Below, piece by piece: positions 46,852 through 60,800 of a stretch of 64,000 bases of DNA (the stretch's first letter is position 1; every line of letters begins with the position of its first letter). The DNA is from Bugula neritina (taxonomy: Eukaryota; Animalia; Bryozoa). The notes beneath the pieces are model-generated. The model did not search any database. It was not told the DNA's origin and saw nothing but the letters and a program-made list of their open reading frames with translations. Both the position numbers and the translations under genes were made by a program. The DNA is taken from assembly GCA_964035545.1 (NCBI GenBank), contig OZ037771.1, forward strand, positions 12,895,133-12,959,132. The letters run 5' to 3'.

Positions 46852-49800
46852 CTACACCTTTGTTTCATGTACGTCAATAGCTTTGGGCTTAGTAAAACTT
46901 TCTTTGATACGAAGAAGGGTATTGGCCGCAATGCTCCCGTAGGATCTGTTGTACCATTTCGCCTGACGGCCTCGCCCATCTATTCGTGAAATATATGTGA
47001 TTCGAGATTTGCCTGAGCCACAAGGTTCAATCATGTAGTGGGAGGCGAGCACAATGCCCCATATTCCCCCTCCTAAAGAGGCTACGTCATGGTCTATGGA
47101 ATGCATAACTAACACACATGATCCCTTCGGTAGGTCTTGTTTCCATGCTCTAGAAACAATACAACAATACAGTGTATACAAGGCGCGTATAATTGCATAT
47201 AATGTTCCCGTTCTATATACTATGCTATGCTATACTATATTACAACATGCTATACCATGACATACAGTGCTATACTATAATATACAGTGCTATACTATAA
47301 TATAACATGCTATGCTATAATATAATGTGTAATACTATAATATACTATGTATAGTGCTATACTATAATATAACATGCTATGCTATAATATACAGTCCTAT
47401 GCATATAAATACTAAGAGTTGTCCTAACCTGAGAATCAAGTATTCCCGAGAAGGTTGGGGGGCCATACTGTGACACACATACTGATAGATGTCTAAATTA
47501 TCTTCAAGTTTTTCCACTGACCGCCATTTTAGCAAATCTTCATCCCACTTCTGTCTTTCTATAAAGGTTAAAAGTTAAATGGTAAAGGTTAAAGGGTAAA
47601 TATTAAACAATATTGGTACCTATAACATAAATATCTAACTTTTATTGGAAAAACTCCATTTACACAACCTAATGTTTTGTAATAATTAAGAAAAAGTTAT
47701 CAATTAATAAATTGATTCGTATTGCGTCCTAATATGTCAGATATTCACAAGAGATAAATCAAAGAGTGAAGCATTTCTGAGCTGCTCTTTCATAATCTAA
47801 CAAATATTAAAAATTAGTTTACTTTGCTTTTCTTTTAAAATAAGGACAGACAACTCTGACAACTACCTTAGCTCACCAGCTAAGGTAGTTGAAATCACTA
47901 GCTTTTATATGTTGTTAGAGTTGTCTGTCCTCATTTCGAATGAAAAAGAAAAGTAAACTTACAAACACAAAATACTAGTAAAGGTCTAAGAAGTCAGTAT
48001 AAACAAACCATTTAGTACTCGATTGAGAACTTCCACAGGGGGAGCCTCGATTTCAGTTGAACATTTCCATAGCCTCAGAGGGTTGTTGTCGTGCACTTTC
48101 TTGTAAGAGACCTCAATAGTATTGTCCTCATTGTATAGACAAAGTCCCATGGGCTGCACACTAGTCCAAGCTTTATCTTTCGATTCCTAACACAAGGCAA
48201 AGGCATATACATGTATATCAAAACACACAAATCTAGTTGGTGAAAATGTATTTCTTATTAGCGTTACAAGAGCTTGAGCATAGTGAATGTGCAGTAGAAA
48301 TATGTGTAACGGGAAAAATGTATACTGGCTTTGCAAATTACAGTAGATAAATTGATAAATACTTTTACTAACATGACTAAAGTGGTGGTTAAAATATTCG
48401 TAAAACTTTTCGACGAATTTACCACATTTTTTCAACTTTAATAAAGAATATTTTAAATGGCTAAAAAGCATTTAGTTAACCTTTTCATCACATGCAAGTA
48501 AAACCAGCTCACCTTGAGTATCCCTTTGATACAGGAATCTACGTGTGCTCCATAGTCTGAAGTAGCATCGACAGACAGCAGAGAAAGGGGCGCGGGCTCC
48601 CCAGCCTCCATGTACGATGAAGACGAAGAACATTTGCTAAGAAAGTCTTCGGGTATTTTGAACACTTTCTTGCAGTCATTTATCATGGCGGTGAGACAGT
48701 CAGTGGCAGACCTCTGGTCTTGAAACTCTCTCTGATCTACGACAACTCCCGCATTCTTCTGTCCAGACTTGGGACTTTTAGTTTGTGGCATTCTGCATGA
48801 CATAACAGCATTATGTACTACCACTGTGATAGATTCTAAACCCAAATATTTATTAACTGATTTTTTTGTTGTTCCTGTGTTGCCCATATTACAATGTTCA
48901 GCCATGTTTTTTCTGAAACTTTTTGTAATGTTGCCAAAGCATTTTACAATTATGAAAATTTTCTATGAATAGCAGCTTGAATTAATTCAAGTTACGTCAA
49001 AGAGGGAATTTGTTATTGAGTAGGTCTGTTGTGTGTGCACCTCACCTTGTATGTATGTTGAATAGACTAGGAGCAAAACACATTGCCAAGTTACTAGCCG
49101 TCATCTGATTCTTCTCGTGATGAGCGGCCATGTCTGACAGGAAGTAGATCAAACTTTCCAAGACTTCGCGATTTTCATCTACAAGAACAAAAAAAGCAAA
49201 TGCAACTAGCTGTGTGAATACATAGAGATCACATGTTGACTATAGCCTTGGATCTTAAAGCAACTCACCTGGTAGAAGGAGGGAGCAGGCTTGGAGCGCC
49301 TCCAGTCTCAGATCTTGTGGCACATGCTGGTATATTGCTAGGAAGGTTTCAGACAGCTTATTTGTCACGAGACACTCGGGCAATTCTCTCAAGTACTGCT
49401 TGAACATATCCGCCACGTCAAACGACTGCATCGAGTCAAACTGGGTCACATTCTCTGTTAAAGCAGAAGAAAAGACAAAATATAATACAAGTAGTACAGG
49501 AACAGCGCCATTAGCCCACTTACTGTAGTCAGTCACTAGTTATAGCACATCATTTCTCTTTACACACCTGGATCTTGTTCCAGATCATTCCGGAGTTTTT
49601 GAATTCTGCTTTTCACGCCAGGTTTCCTAAAGATGCCGACAGCGTCTGGCGCTGACTTCCTGAGGTATCTCATAGCGTGTAGGATGCACTGAGGTAGAGG
49701 CTGACCCGTTCTTTGCAGCATGATGGACAACGGCACTCCAAACACTTTCTTGTCGCTGTAATCCGGAGTACGGCTAGTCTTCTTCATAAACTTGTTTACT

Positions 49801-52800
49801 AACCTACAAGGTTGTTGCGCTGTATAGCCTGCATCTTAGAATACGAAGGTATTTGGCGTAGATAAGTAATACGTGTATGTGTGACCATGCTGTCAAATTT
49901 GGCACTAAATTGCTTCTTCGCATGAATGTTGGACATTTTCAATGAACTGCCTGTCACTCTCATACACCACACAGGGAAAATATGAGCATACTGATGCTGG
50001 TATTACTAGATCGAAGCGTCTTAATATACCGATTCTATGGCACATTTCCTGTTTTGAATGCTAAACTTAGCAGGATATCAATTACTTCACTTTCTAAGAT
50101 GTAAATCCGTTCAACACTCGTCAATTTACATGAAGCCCATTGGCTAATTCACAACATTTTGGTTCTATAACGAGACGACAACTTCTGGGAACATCATATA
50201 GAACAACATTACGAGTGGATACTTACTGTAGAGAGAAGCCGGACTTGTGTGGTGGTGAATACTGCTCCATTAAACTCGTTACTTTCAGCAGAGCGAGTCT
50301 CTTGAGAAACATCAGTTGACCCGCTGACAGACTGGATATCTGCTGACTCTGCGAGTTGAAACTTGGTCTGTGTGACGCTACAAAGCTGTGCCAACGAAGT
50401 CTTACTTTCTTTTTTCTTTCCCTGGATACAGAAAACAATAGCCTTTCACTCTTTTATGGGAGGCATCTGATTTCACTGGTGCCAAAGTAATAAATATTAA
50501 TTATTTTATAGGTTGTAGATAATTATTAATTTATATTACATGCAATAATCATTAGTAGCGCCCAAGAGCGCGTAACCTTATGTACAGCTCATGCTACAGA
50601 CACTTACATTGGTTCACGCGTCAAAGAAGAGCCAACGCCTGAATCTCTCCTTTCCCGCCATATTGTTTCCTGTGCCTCTCTTATAGAACCATCATCCGCC
50701 TCTACTTCCTCCACTTCGGCAATGTTCTCTCCACTGACACAAAGTTCCTCCGTACTTGTTAAGAGTTCGGGCTGAGTACTTCCTGTTATACTTCGTTTGA
50801 GTTCAGGAGTATCGGCGGGCGTGTCTAAAGGAGTGTCAGCAGGCGTGTCTAGTGGACTGTCATTGAGAGAAGACAACCCCTCACTGCCGGGTGATACTAT
50901 TGCAGAATCAACTTGCAGATGCATACCGTTATTATGACTTCCACCATTATGGACGCTAAGACTACCTAAGCTTTCCTCACCACTCAGTAATAAGTTGTTG
51001 GAAATATCGTCAGAATCTAAGTCGAGGTTGGTTATATTATATAGCAAGTCTTTTAACACAGCATCTAGCTCTCTGCGAGCATCACGCGCTGCGGGACTTT
51101 GCTCTGACGTAGAACTTATCTCATCAGTTTCGGATTCTGTAGTTGCTAAGTCGACCGGTTCGAAGTCTTCATCTAAAGACAAGTTGTCGTAAATACTGAG
51201 TCTGTTAGTTGGTTTGTTAGAACTGTTTTGATTGGTCACATCATTAGCGTGAGTGCATGTGTCGTGTGGCAGCAGCTTTGATCTGCTGGATATGCTGTTT
51301 TGCCGCGAAGGTGCTTCACCCGGTAAGAGTTCTTTAGGGAATGTACCGAGCACGTAGTCTTCTGGCAGCATGTACTCTATAACAGAGCTGTCGATGGAGT
51401 ATGAGTCACAGTCACAACACGATGCTGTAGCATCTGCTGACGCTGACCTCAGCAAGGGTTTGCTTGTAGAGCTGTTGTTGTTGTTACAAAAGTCATGTAT
51501 TGTCTCGCTGCCATTTTTGATGTCTATACACCCCAGTTGCTGCATCCGAACAGTCATATCCGGCGTGTTAACCAACGTGGGACCGCTTATCAATGGGACA
51601 CCGCCGTTAGATTTTGCTTTCTTAGAGCTCCTTGCTAAAGTTTTTCTATTAAGAGATCCAACATGTCGCTGGAAAAAGTTGCCATTTCGTTGTTTTGATT
51701 GCTTGGCCTGATTGTCTGGTACGGAGTCGACCTACAATCAACAAGAATGCGTTTTGATGCGAGGCAAGGTCTGCGATACGCAGAGCAAATATTTAGTGTT
51801 TATCCAAGAGTAAACGGCTACAACTCCAGTCTGCTTATTAATATTACCAACAATGTCTCAGCGTCCACACTGACTCAAGCAAACACGAGTCTGTAGATAA
51901 AAATTGATAAATTGACGCAACAGTGGATAAGAAATGGTATGCCGACACATGGCAAGCATTGTGATAGATAAAGGTATGGCCCCATTCATGTGCATGCCAG
52001 GTGCTTACTCTTATTATATATATATATATATATATAAAATGCAAAATTTTAGAACATAAACAATGATACAGCTAGAAAGTTGCATCTTAGACTAGGAATT
52101 TTTTACAATATGTATTGGCAACAATTAAGGGGTGAGTAGACTGTCTAACCTCACCCATAACTTGGTTGGCACACAGTCTATCCATTCAACCACTCATTTA
52201 ATATAATATTGGACTAGTATTCACCAAAACTTACCTTGTGAATATTGGTGGAGTTACTCTCACTATGACTTGGCTCTACCATTGCAATGTTGATTAAATG
52301 ATTATTGTTTATTGAACTTTTAGAGTGTGGGACCGGAGAGGCGCTGTCACCAGTCTCGTCACCGTCACCGGTTGTAGCATCGGTCATCACGCTGTCCCTG
52401 CTAGAACATGACCTCATTCTAGCAACACTGGTGTCGGTAGGAGAGCTGGTGTCCACGTGTGACCAGCGGCCAGACGACTTCTCAAAGTGCCATTTATCTG
52501 AGAGAACACAGGCTTCCTCGTCGTCCTGTTCACTTCCTCTTACATACTGAAAGCAAAATCACGATTCCAATTTTATCACTTTGACTACTAACAATAATAT
52601 AACTAATTGTTTGTAACATAAATGTATCACGTTAAACAAAATTGATACAAAGAAAAGAATTGTTGGAGGGTAAAGATACTTGAAATGTTCAGTAATTTCT
52701 GCACCACAAGTTGTGGTAGTGTCCAAATTCGATATAAAAGTTCATATAAATAATAATTGCCAAGAAACTAATTCAATCTAAAATCTGCATAAAAAAATAG

Positions 52801-55800
52801 ATTTTGAAATAGATATGTAGAATATGGAAATAAATGATAAAATAAAGAAATACCTATAAAATACAAAAACAATTTTTCCCTTTGATTGATAGTATTCTGA
52901 GCTTCATCCACTTTTCTATTTTGTAAAAGTAGTTGGCCACAGTCCAACTGATATACCTATTCTTTCCTATAAACTACTAACTCTCTAATATCTTTGTTAT
53001 TCAGTACAAACCTAACTTCAATTTCTAACATTGAGTCTGAAAGTTTGAAATATTTATTTCTTTTCCAATAGTTTGAGTTTTGATTCTGAACTAACAAAAA
53101 CTGCAAAGGAAACCCGTCTTGCATTGAAAGCAGAATAGATGGATAGATGTAGTTTACAACATACTATCTAGTAAAAGTTGCTGACTCGAAGCTAGCAGTA
53201 CAAGTAGTAAATACGCAGCTGCCTATGTAATGCAGAAGGAACTCCAGCTAAGAAAGCCCAGCTATGGTATGTAGTTACATAAGTGAAACAGTGCTAACAC
53301 TTTTACACTTAGCATAAAAGAAATGGCTGAATTCACTAATAGATTAATTGTGAATGTAATTAATATAAATACACTGGGAGAATTGATATCTTTGAAATTT
53401 AATAATAGCTCATTATGTGATTATTTAGTTAAGTGAAAGTTGCAATTGTGAGTTAGATTACATAATGGATAATGTATACTTGTACAAGTTTAGCCCACTT
53501 GGTCTGCTAAGTGTGTGTATGTAATAATTATTGGTTTTAGCAATTTCATTACCCTGTGTACAGTGTAGCCTAATGGAAATTTGTAGAAAGTGGTAAAATT
53601 AATTATCTTATGAGTGAGAAGTATTTGCTATTAATAAAAGAAGAGATAGAATGACGATGTTGAAGCATAACAACACCCATAATAATAGAGTAGCTAATGA
53701 ATACAGTGGACTTCATGGTTGAATCAATTCTTAGTTTAAGGCACACCTATTTTGCTACTATATTTGAGTGGGATGTATTTTGTTTGTTAATTTGCGAAAT
53801 TTATCTCATAAACAAAAATCTTTTCAACGAAACATGACGTGATAACGCAATAGCAAATAAAAAATACATTTCTAAGCTAACTTGATGTAATTTTATTAAT
53901 TAATTTAAAAAACATACCTTTGACCAAATCGATAAATTGGTTACACAAATACTGTGAATTATATCCGATATTATCAATAGCAGTAAAGTTAGTAAAATAG
54001 CTAGTTTCTAGTTCAGAAAAGTCCTTTAAAATGCAACAAAGGATGGAGTTAGTTTTAACTGAGTGCTTTACATTTATGCTTAATTAAACCTACAAACATT
54101 ACAAATAAGAAACTGTTATATCCAGTGACATTAGATGTACTCAAGTGATTGAACCTTTGCAGTTTCTGCATTCATCTAATCAATTTAAAAAATGGTCAAG
54201 TCATTGAATTAAATACTTTAATTGAATAAACTGCATGTCGACATTGTGTAAAACTTTGTCAATAGAATTCTTTAAACATGAATAAAACTGACTGGAGGGT
54301 TACATGATTTGACTCGTGTAACAACAGCTTATTTGCTTTCATTCCATCAAACAAAAAAGTTTTGGCGATAACATCTGTGGTTTGAAAAAAGACTCAGATG
54401 AAAGAGTGAAGACAATGGATGCTAAGAGAAATCACTTTGGAATGAAAAGGAAGTTGAGTTGCTCTGATTATTAACTTTAACAAGTTAATAATGCAGAGGG
54501 GTATTTAGCAAGAGAGAGTTATAATAGAATTAGTAGCTTGGTTAGCCCTGTTGATACATACACCCAAACAATAAAGCAGGTGCTAGACTCATTCAAGCTT
54601 TCAAAATATTTATATATAACTTTATATTTAAAAAACTAAATTTGGTGCTTTTTGTAAAATTCATAAAATTTAATTAGAAATAATCAGAAAAGTATTTATA
54701 AACTTCTAAAATGTAAATGTAATGGTATGTATTTGTCTTATATATATTTTGACGACCTAATACAACGGAAAGTTACACAGCAGTACACCCATTGCTGATG
54801 TGTATCTATAGATCCACGAATTCAACATGGCAAACTGGCAGTTTACTGGAGTTTACTGGAGTAATTCAATTTAAATTTAGTAGATTGAATTTCACAGCAA
54901 CTTCAAGTGACTAGATGTCAATTAGTAACACCTTGACAGCATTCCAACACTTTGAAATTAAATCAACACCATTTTCAGCTAGTTAGACAATTAGTACATC
55001 AGAATGTTGTTTCTAATTGAATTCTATTAAAACTTGGTAGTACATTTTTCTGCTAGATTTTAACAATTAATGCAAAAGAATGTTCAAAAGTTAAAGAAAA
55101 TACTGTACCTTTACAGTTTCAGCATGCTTTCTGTAGCCCAGTGAAAACATAGCTAATAAAGCTAAGGTGTTCAGACTGTGAAGTTGAGGGTCTAAATGAC
55201 TCATAATAATTTAGTTCTATAAGCACAATAATATTCTCTAGCTAGTTGAGAAATAGGAATCTAATGCATATTTAGCCTACCATAGCTAGCAGTGCCACAT
55301 TCATGTTGCTCTAGCAGTTGCACTATAAATGACCATGATTTATGATTATCATTCGATCATAAAAACCAATAGAATATGCTTTAGTTCAACAGGATAGACA
55401 ACTCCGAGAGGTTGTTGGCCGACCGTACAATAAAGCTATTGCTAATAATAGCATTTATCAACCCCGCTGACTCTCTTAATTTGGCTGCAATACTTATCTA
55501 ATATAAACGATTAGCTTAACACTTGTACAGACTTTACGAAATGGCATTACAGGGCATGGCTAATTAATGTCTGAACGATTTTAAGCGATTCTATTATAAT
55601 AAATGCGATAATAAATATTTTATTCTGGTGTAATATAGAACAGACAGGCTGAGAAGGAGTAGAGGGTAAAGACCCAACGCTGTAGCCTAAGTTCTACAAC
55701 TGTTGATAAGAGACTGAAGTGATATCGGTAGCATGTCTATAGGAAACCCATAGCGTATCTATGGATCACAAGCTAGAATACCTGAGGTTGTACTGGTAAT

Positions 55801-57827
55801 GAAACAGGAGTGTCTACCTGTCGCAATCACATGAGTAATACAGACAACCAAATATACTAATTGATAAACATTGCAATATGTAGCTTAGGAGTTATGTTCC
55901 CACAATTTGCTTTCTTCACTTTACCTCTTTTCTCAAAGACTCAGACTTGTTATAAGAGTACATTAAGAGAGATCAATGTATAATTGTTTGCTATTTTTTG
56001 CTGTAAACAGTTTTGTAAATAGAAATTGTAGTTGATTTGAATTTGAAGAGTTGAAGAAAGTGAACGAGTGTGAAGCTACGAGTATCACACACAGAGTGTT
56101 GTCACTTTAGACCTGACTCTTGTAAACTCAAGGGGTCAGTAAACAGAGTAGTGAGTGTTAAACCCAACTAACGTGTTACTACAGCCTCCCATATCTCCAG
56201 TTTCACTCCCAAGCGAAGGCTTATATTACCGCTAGGCCTTAAGTAGCATCAATATGTGGTCAATTAATCCCCATAAAACATGTTAGTTTACAACTTGAAT
56301 GGCTGATAAAACAAGAAAGCCCTAAAACTTGATAGTAGAGTATTATGCTGGCTTGGGCCCAATTTTTTCATAACTGTAGAGTTTGGTGGTCATAACCTGG
56401 TACTGACCCTGCTGACTGTTAGAGGCAGCTACAGAGCCTGACTGCTGGGAATACAGTACATGTTTGGGAACAGTTATATACAGTGTCTACACTTACCATG
56501 TGTTTCTTGCTGTTTATGTCTAACTTCATATGTGCACTTTTATTTAGGGTGTTCAAACGTCTACAACATATCAGAAATATATCAACTCTCTATTCAAGAA
56601 GGTAAAATGTTAGGTAATTTAAAATTTGAAGTTTAACTATTAGTAGACCTATTACTTATATATTTTTGCCCAAACTTTCACGTTTTTCAATAATAATAAC
56701 ACAGCTACAGTGATGAGGAAATTTCAATAGGCCAAGTCTTTGAGCGTCTTTGTAAATTTTGATTTGGGGTGCAGCTTAAAAGTCTCAAAAAAATATAGTT
56801 TCTTTGCTATAGTCTCTTAAGGAATGCAGACTTTCCCCAATTTCTGGGCGACATGAATACATAAGGTGCCGTATGAGATACAGGAAGTGAGAGAATATGT
56901 AACTATGCAACAGCACAGCTACAAAGACACATTGCCGGCACATAAAACAAGATTTCAGTTCATCTCCTTGAAACAATGCAGTCTGTGCATCTCCACAGCT
57001 AACACAGAGGGCTTACTATCTAAAGGCAGCAGGCAGCATGAGGCTGATTCAAAGATAGGATGATATGAATTGATGGCAAGTGGCAGGGCTAACAGGTGCA
57101 CTGCTGTTATCTATTATCTACTTCTAAAATGCCTGTACATTAGAAACATAAGTTCTAGCATGTAGACTGACTATTAGACACCCAGGAGGAAAGTATTTCA
57201 TGTGTCATCCAGGTGCTTGCAAGTGAGTGCTACATTCTAACCACGCAATATCATAACAATTCATATGACATAAACTGTCATTGAATTTGCAACTCTCTAA
57301 ATAGCAATGTGCTAAGAGAGGAAAATTAGAATTGAATATTTAAAAATATTTGAAAAACAGGCATCACTAGTAGCAAGCCCTGATCAGTATAAATTACAAT
57401 TGTCAATGCTCATAGTGAACATTTTAAAAATGTAAAATAGAGAGGAAAAGCAAGCATAGATCATACTGAGGAGAAATATTGTGAAATAATTTTCACAAAG
57501 CCTAAGACTGCAGTGAAGCATCTCAACGCTATCGGCATGGGGAAGGAGGTTTGTGTGAGAGAGAGGGAGGCGAGGTTTTCGAGACACATGGGAGGTTTGT
57601 GAGAAAAATAGAGAGAGAGGGGGGTTTGTAAGAGAGAGAGAGAGGGGGGTTGTAAGAGAGAGGGGGGTTATACCTGAATAAACTCTGCAGTTGCTGCTGA
57701 TCAAGGAACTCGTGATCTTTCTGTACTGAAGGCAAGTCTATGGGTAGTCTAGACTCTTCCAACAGCTGCACATACTGAGGGAAACCAGCCTGTTCCAGCC
57801 ACGTGCACGCTTCTAGTAGTTCTATTT
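46852..57827 (-). CDS. DLC1: SAM-RhoGAP-START protein (DLC1/STARD13/STARD8 family, crossveinless-c-like); first coding exon not located
   Basis: Exons 57674-57827, 56497-56560, 52235-52546, 50608-51731, 50227-50421, 49568-49803, 49269-49454, 49046-49178, 48513-48792, 48009-48186, 47429-47558, 46852-47149. SAM: EACTWLEQAGFPQY...DHEFLD...RRLNTLNK. Linker: ERRDSGVGSSLTR, LRWHSF. GAP: VFGVPL...GIFRKPGVKSRI...NQMTASNLAMCFAPSLF. START: PLRLWK...IEPCGSGKSRITYISRIDGRGR...ETKV. Confidence 0.95.
47816..47961. repeat. Imperfect nested inverted repeat in a RhoGAP intron
   Basis: agtttacttt...aggacagacaactct ... agagttgtctgtcct...aaagtaaact, with an inner caactaccttagct/agctaaggtagttg hairpin. Confidence 0.7.
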
Positions 57828-60800
57828 CTACAACCAGATCAGAGTACCAGTGACTTAAAGTAGCAGTGACTTAGAGTAGCAGTGAATTAGTGTACTAGTG
57901 ATTTAGAGTAGCAGTGACTAAGAGTAATGTGTGCTACTTGACAAGGTGAGTACTAGCAATGCAATGGTCACCCATTCATAAATTTCCTCCTATCAGCTGT
58001 CTTGTCTTTTGTGGCAAAACATTACATAATTATTTGGAAAACATGTTTTTAGGCCAAGATTAACAATTCACTGCAGCAAGACTAGAGCATGTTTACTCTG
58101 TATCTGTGGTACTGTCATTAGTCAGTATGCATCTTCATATATCAAATAAGTTCTAGGGTATCCAGACAGCATTCTCAATATTCATGGTTTTAGTTTGTAG
58201 GAAAAAATTATGATGAGACAAAATATAGAACTTTCCGAATTATTCTATAAAAAACTTTTGCTAAAATAGTTTCTGTGTAGTTTCTGTACACTAATAGCTG
58301 TTTCGTATGCCGGTGAAGGTAAAGTATATATTCAACTGAACCTATATTTCCACACATCAAACTAATGAATACTGCATTAAATACTGATAACTTTACAGAC
58401 AAATTTACTTTTGCTAATTTTAAGTAATATTACATAACGTACAAGCAAGCTTCTATGAAAGTCTAAATATTGTCAACACAAAATAAATTGATTTTATGCA
58501 AAATGCAGTCATTAAAAGGGTACTTACTCTGCATTGTGATGTATTATTTTTTATTTTATTACTTTTATTAATATAATAAATAATTAGCTGTTATTATTGA
58601 TAACATTACAAAGAATACGTACAGATACTACAGAGAAAGTCCAACTTCGAAAAATTTGATTCATCTCAATCGTGCATCGTTACACGGACTGATAACAGAA
58701 CTTAATAAATTAATAAGCGTAGTCTATAGAGTAGAGATTAAGAGTGTAAAACAGATGCCTTAGCAGCATGGCAGCAGCTAATAACCCACACCCATGTTAA
58801 TAACTACCCCCAGACTGTAATTAGCTCCTGGATTGTTTAAGAAACAAAAATGTAAATGCAGCTGTCCAGTATTTTAACTTCTGCCTTTGTTTATAAACAA
58901 GAGAATATATCTTCCCAAAGTTACTCAGCACGCATTTATCTTAGTCTAGGTTTGAAAACAGAAGTGGAAAACATGGGTTGTAGAAGCACCACCCAGCTTT
59001 ATGGAGAAAACGTAGCCTGTGCAATGAGAGAAGCTATTTATATCACAACTCAAGGGCTCCCACTACATGCTAGAAATACCTCAAGTTATTCTAAACAAAA
59101 CTTAGTAAACTTAGTAAAACGTAGCACATGGTGACTAATCTCTTTATCCACTCCTGGCTGACCAGGAGATCCTAGTAAAGATAGAGTGTGAAGCCCTGAT
59201 GCTAATAAAATTAACGAAGGGGAAGATATGCAATTACACAGATAGACAATAATCTCACTGGCTGACTCACAAAGGAGGGACGTAGTTAATTTAATAATTC
59301 GTATGGGAAGCAGCATTGACAGCATATCTGAAAAGACTAGATCTGATTGTGGAGTAAATGAAGTGACGAAGCGTACTACTAATTAACTGCGACTCAACCA
59401 ACCACCAACAAACTGTCTAGTCACCGAGGAAACACAAAACCCCAGCAAGAAACAAGACCCATCCCCTGTGTAACTATATCCGGGCATTGTTGTATGAAAT
59501 TAACGATTTTGCAAGATTTAGGGTATCGGGTGATCAAATCTTACATCCAACACCCTTTAGCACTGCTCGTGGAGAAAGAGTTTAATTATAAATAAATATA
59601 GATGACGGAACCCGAACAAAACATACACCTGCATGGACAACCAAATCTATAGAATAAACCCCCTTCTCACCAGGACAGCTGCTACAGTATTGACGTTCGT
59701 GTCAAGGTCAATGTTTATAACAAATGTTTATACTAAGCACTTTGGGTGAGGAGAGGCTGGCATACATTGATAAGAAGAGCAGTCCCTTCAAGCACCTTCC
59801 CCCTTCAATTATCATAACTCTCTATTGTTAAGTATAACCTCAAAATAAGCCATAAATACCAGAGGTTTAACAACATAGTATGCAATGTAGACATGCCATC
59901 TAAATTTAGTGCTGTGTAAAAGCCTAGAAACTAGACAGACCTAGGTGGGTCTCCAGACATCATAAAGGGCTCACAACAGTTCCACTTTATACCAGTTGGA
60001 GAGGAAACGTTTATTACTTTGTGATTCATTGTAAACAACTAATAAACTTAATTACAAGTTGTAAAAATCGAGCAGAAAATTTATGATTTCTTAAATTACT
60101 GATGCATAGTTAGAGACTGGCTAGGGTTACATGATTAATCTCTTCACATCAGCAGTGACGATAAACAATAGAGAAGCTTATATTTCAAATCCTGTATGAA
60201 ACTGTATAACCTCTCCCGCCACAGCTCAGCTTGAATCTAGAGGAGTGCTTACAGCAGTCGACACGACTTATTCTATTTGCTAAAGATATAGAGATAAGAT
60301 TGTGAATTGACACTATCAAAAGGAAATATCATCTGTTGCGTTTTCACTTTGATATAACAGTGTGTAACAATCGTAACAAAAACAACAAGCGCCCTGGTCA
60401 GTGCTATCTCTCTAATATCTAACACATTGTTTTATTCCATTGTCCTCACTTCAAAAACCATTATTGCAGATGTTAGATTTTCCACGCTGAAGAATAAATT
60501 TTAATTTAAAAACTTAATTGCGTGATGAGACAATGAGAGGCGGCTTTTGAGTTACTAGAAAATAATGAAGTTGACATTATAAGGCAACTCCGTAAAGTCA
60601 CTGTGTATTAGCTGTTAGAACTTCCTTTTAAAATGAAACTAAATCAGTTTTGTAAAAACTCAAAAAAAATTTTTGTCACACAAACCTTATATCAATTATC
60701 ATCATAATTTTTCGACAGTTTAAATTCTAGCACGAGTTACTATATACTAATACTATAATAATGAAATCATAATAATTATATGCAATACTCAAATAAGAAT

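Noticed and set aside
51732-51890. Alternative upstream acceptor for the large RhoGAP exon at 51890
   Set aside because: All three frames hit stops; the acceptor at 51731 fits phase 0.
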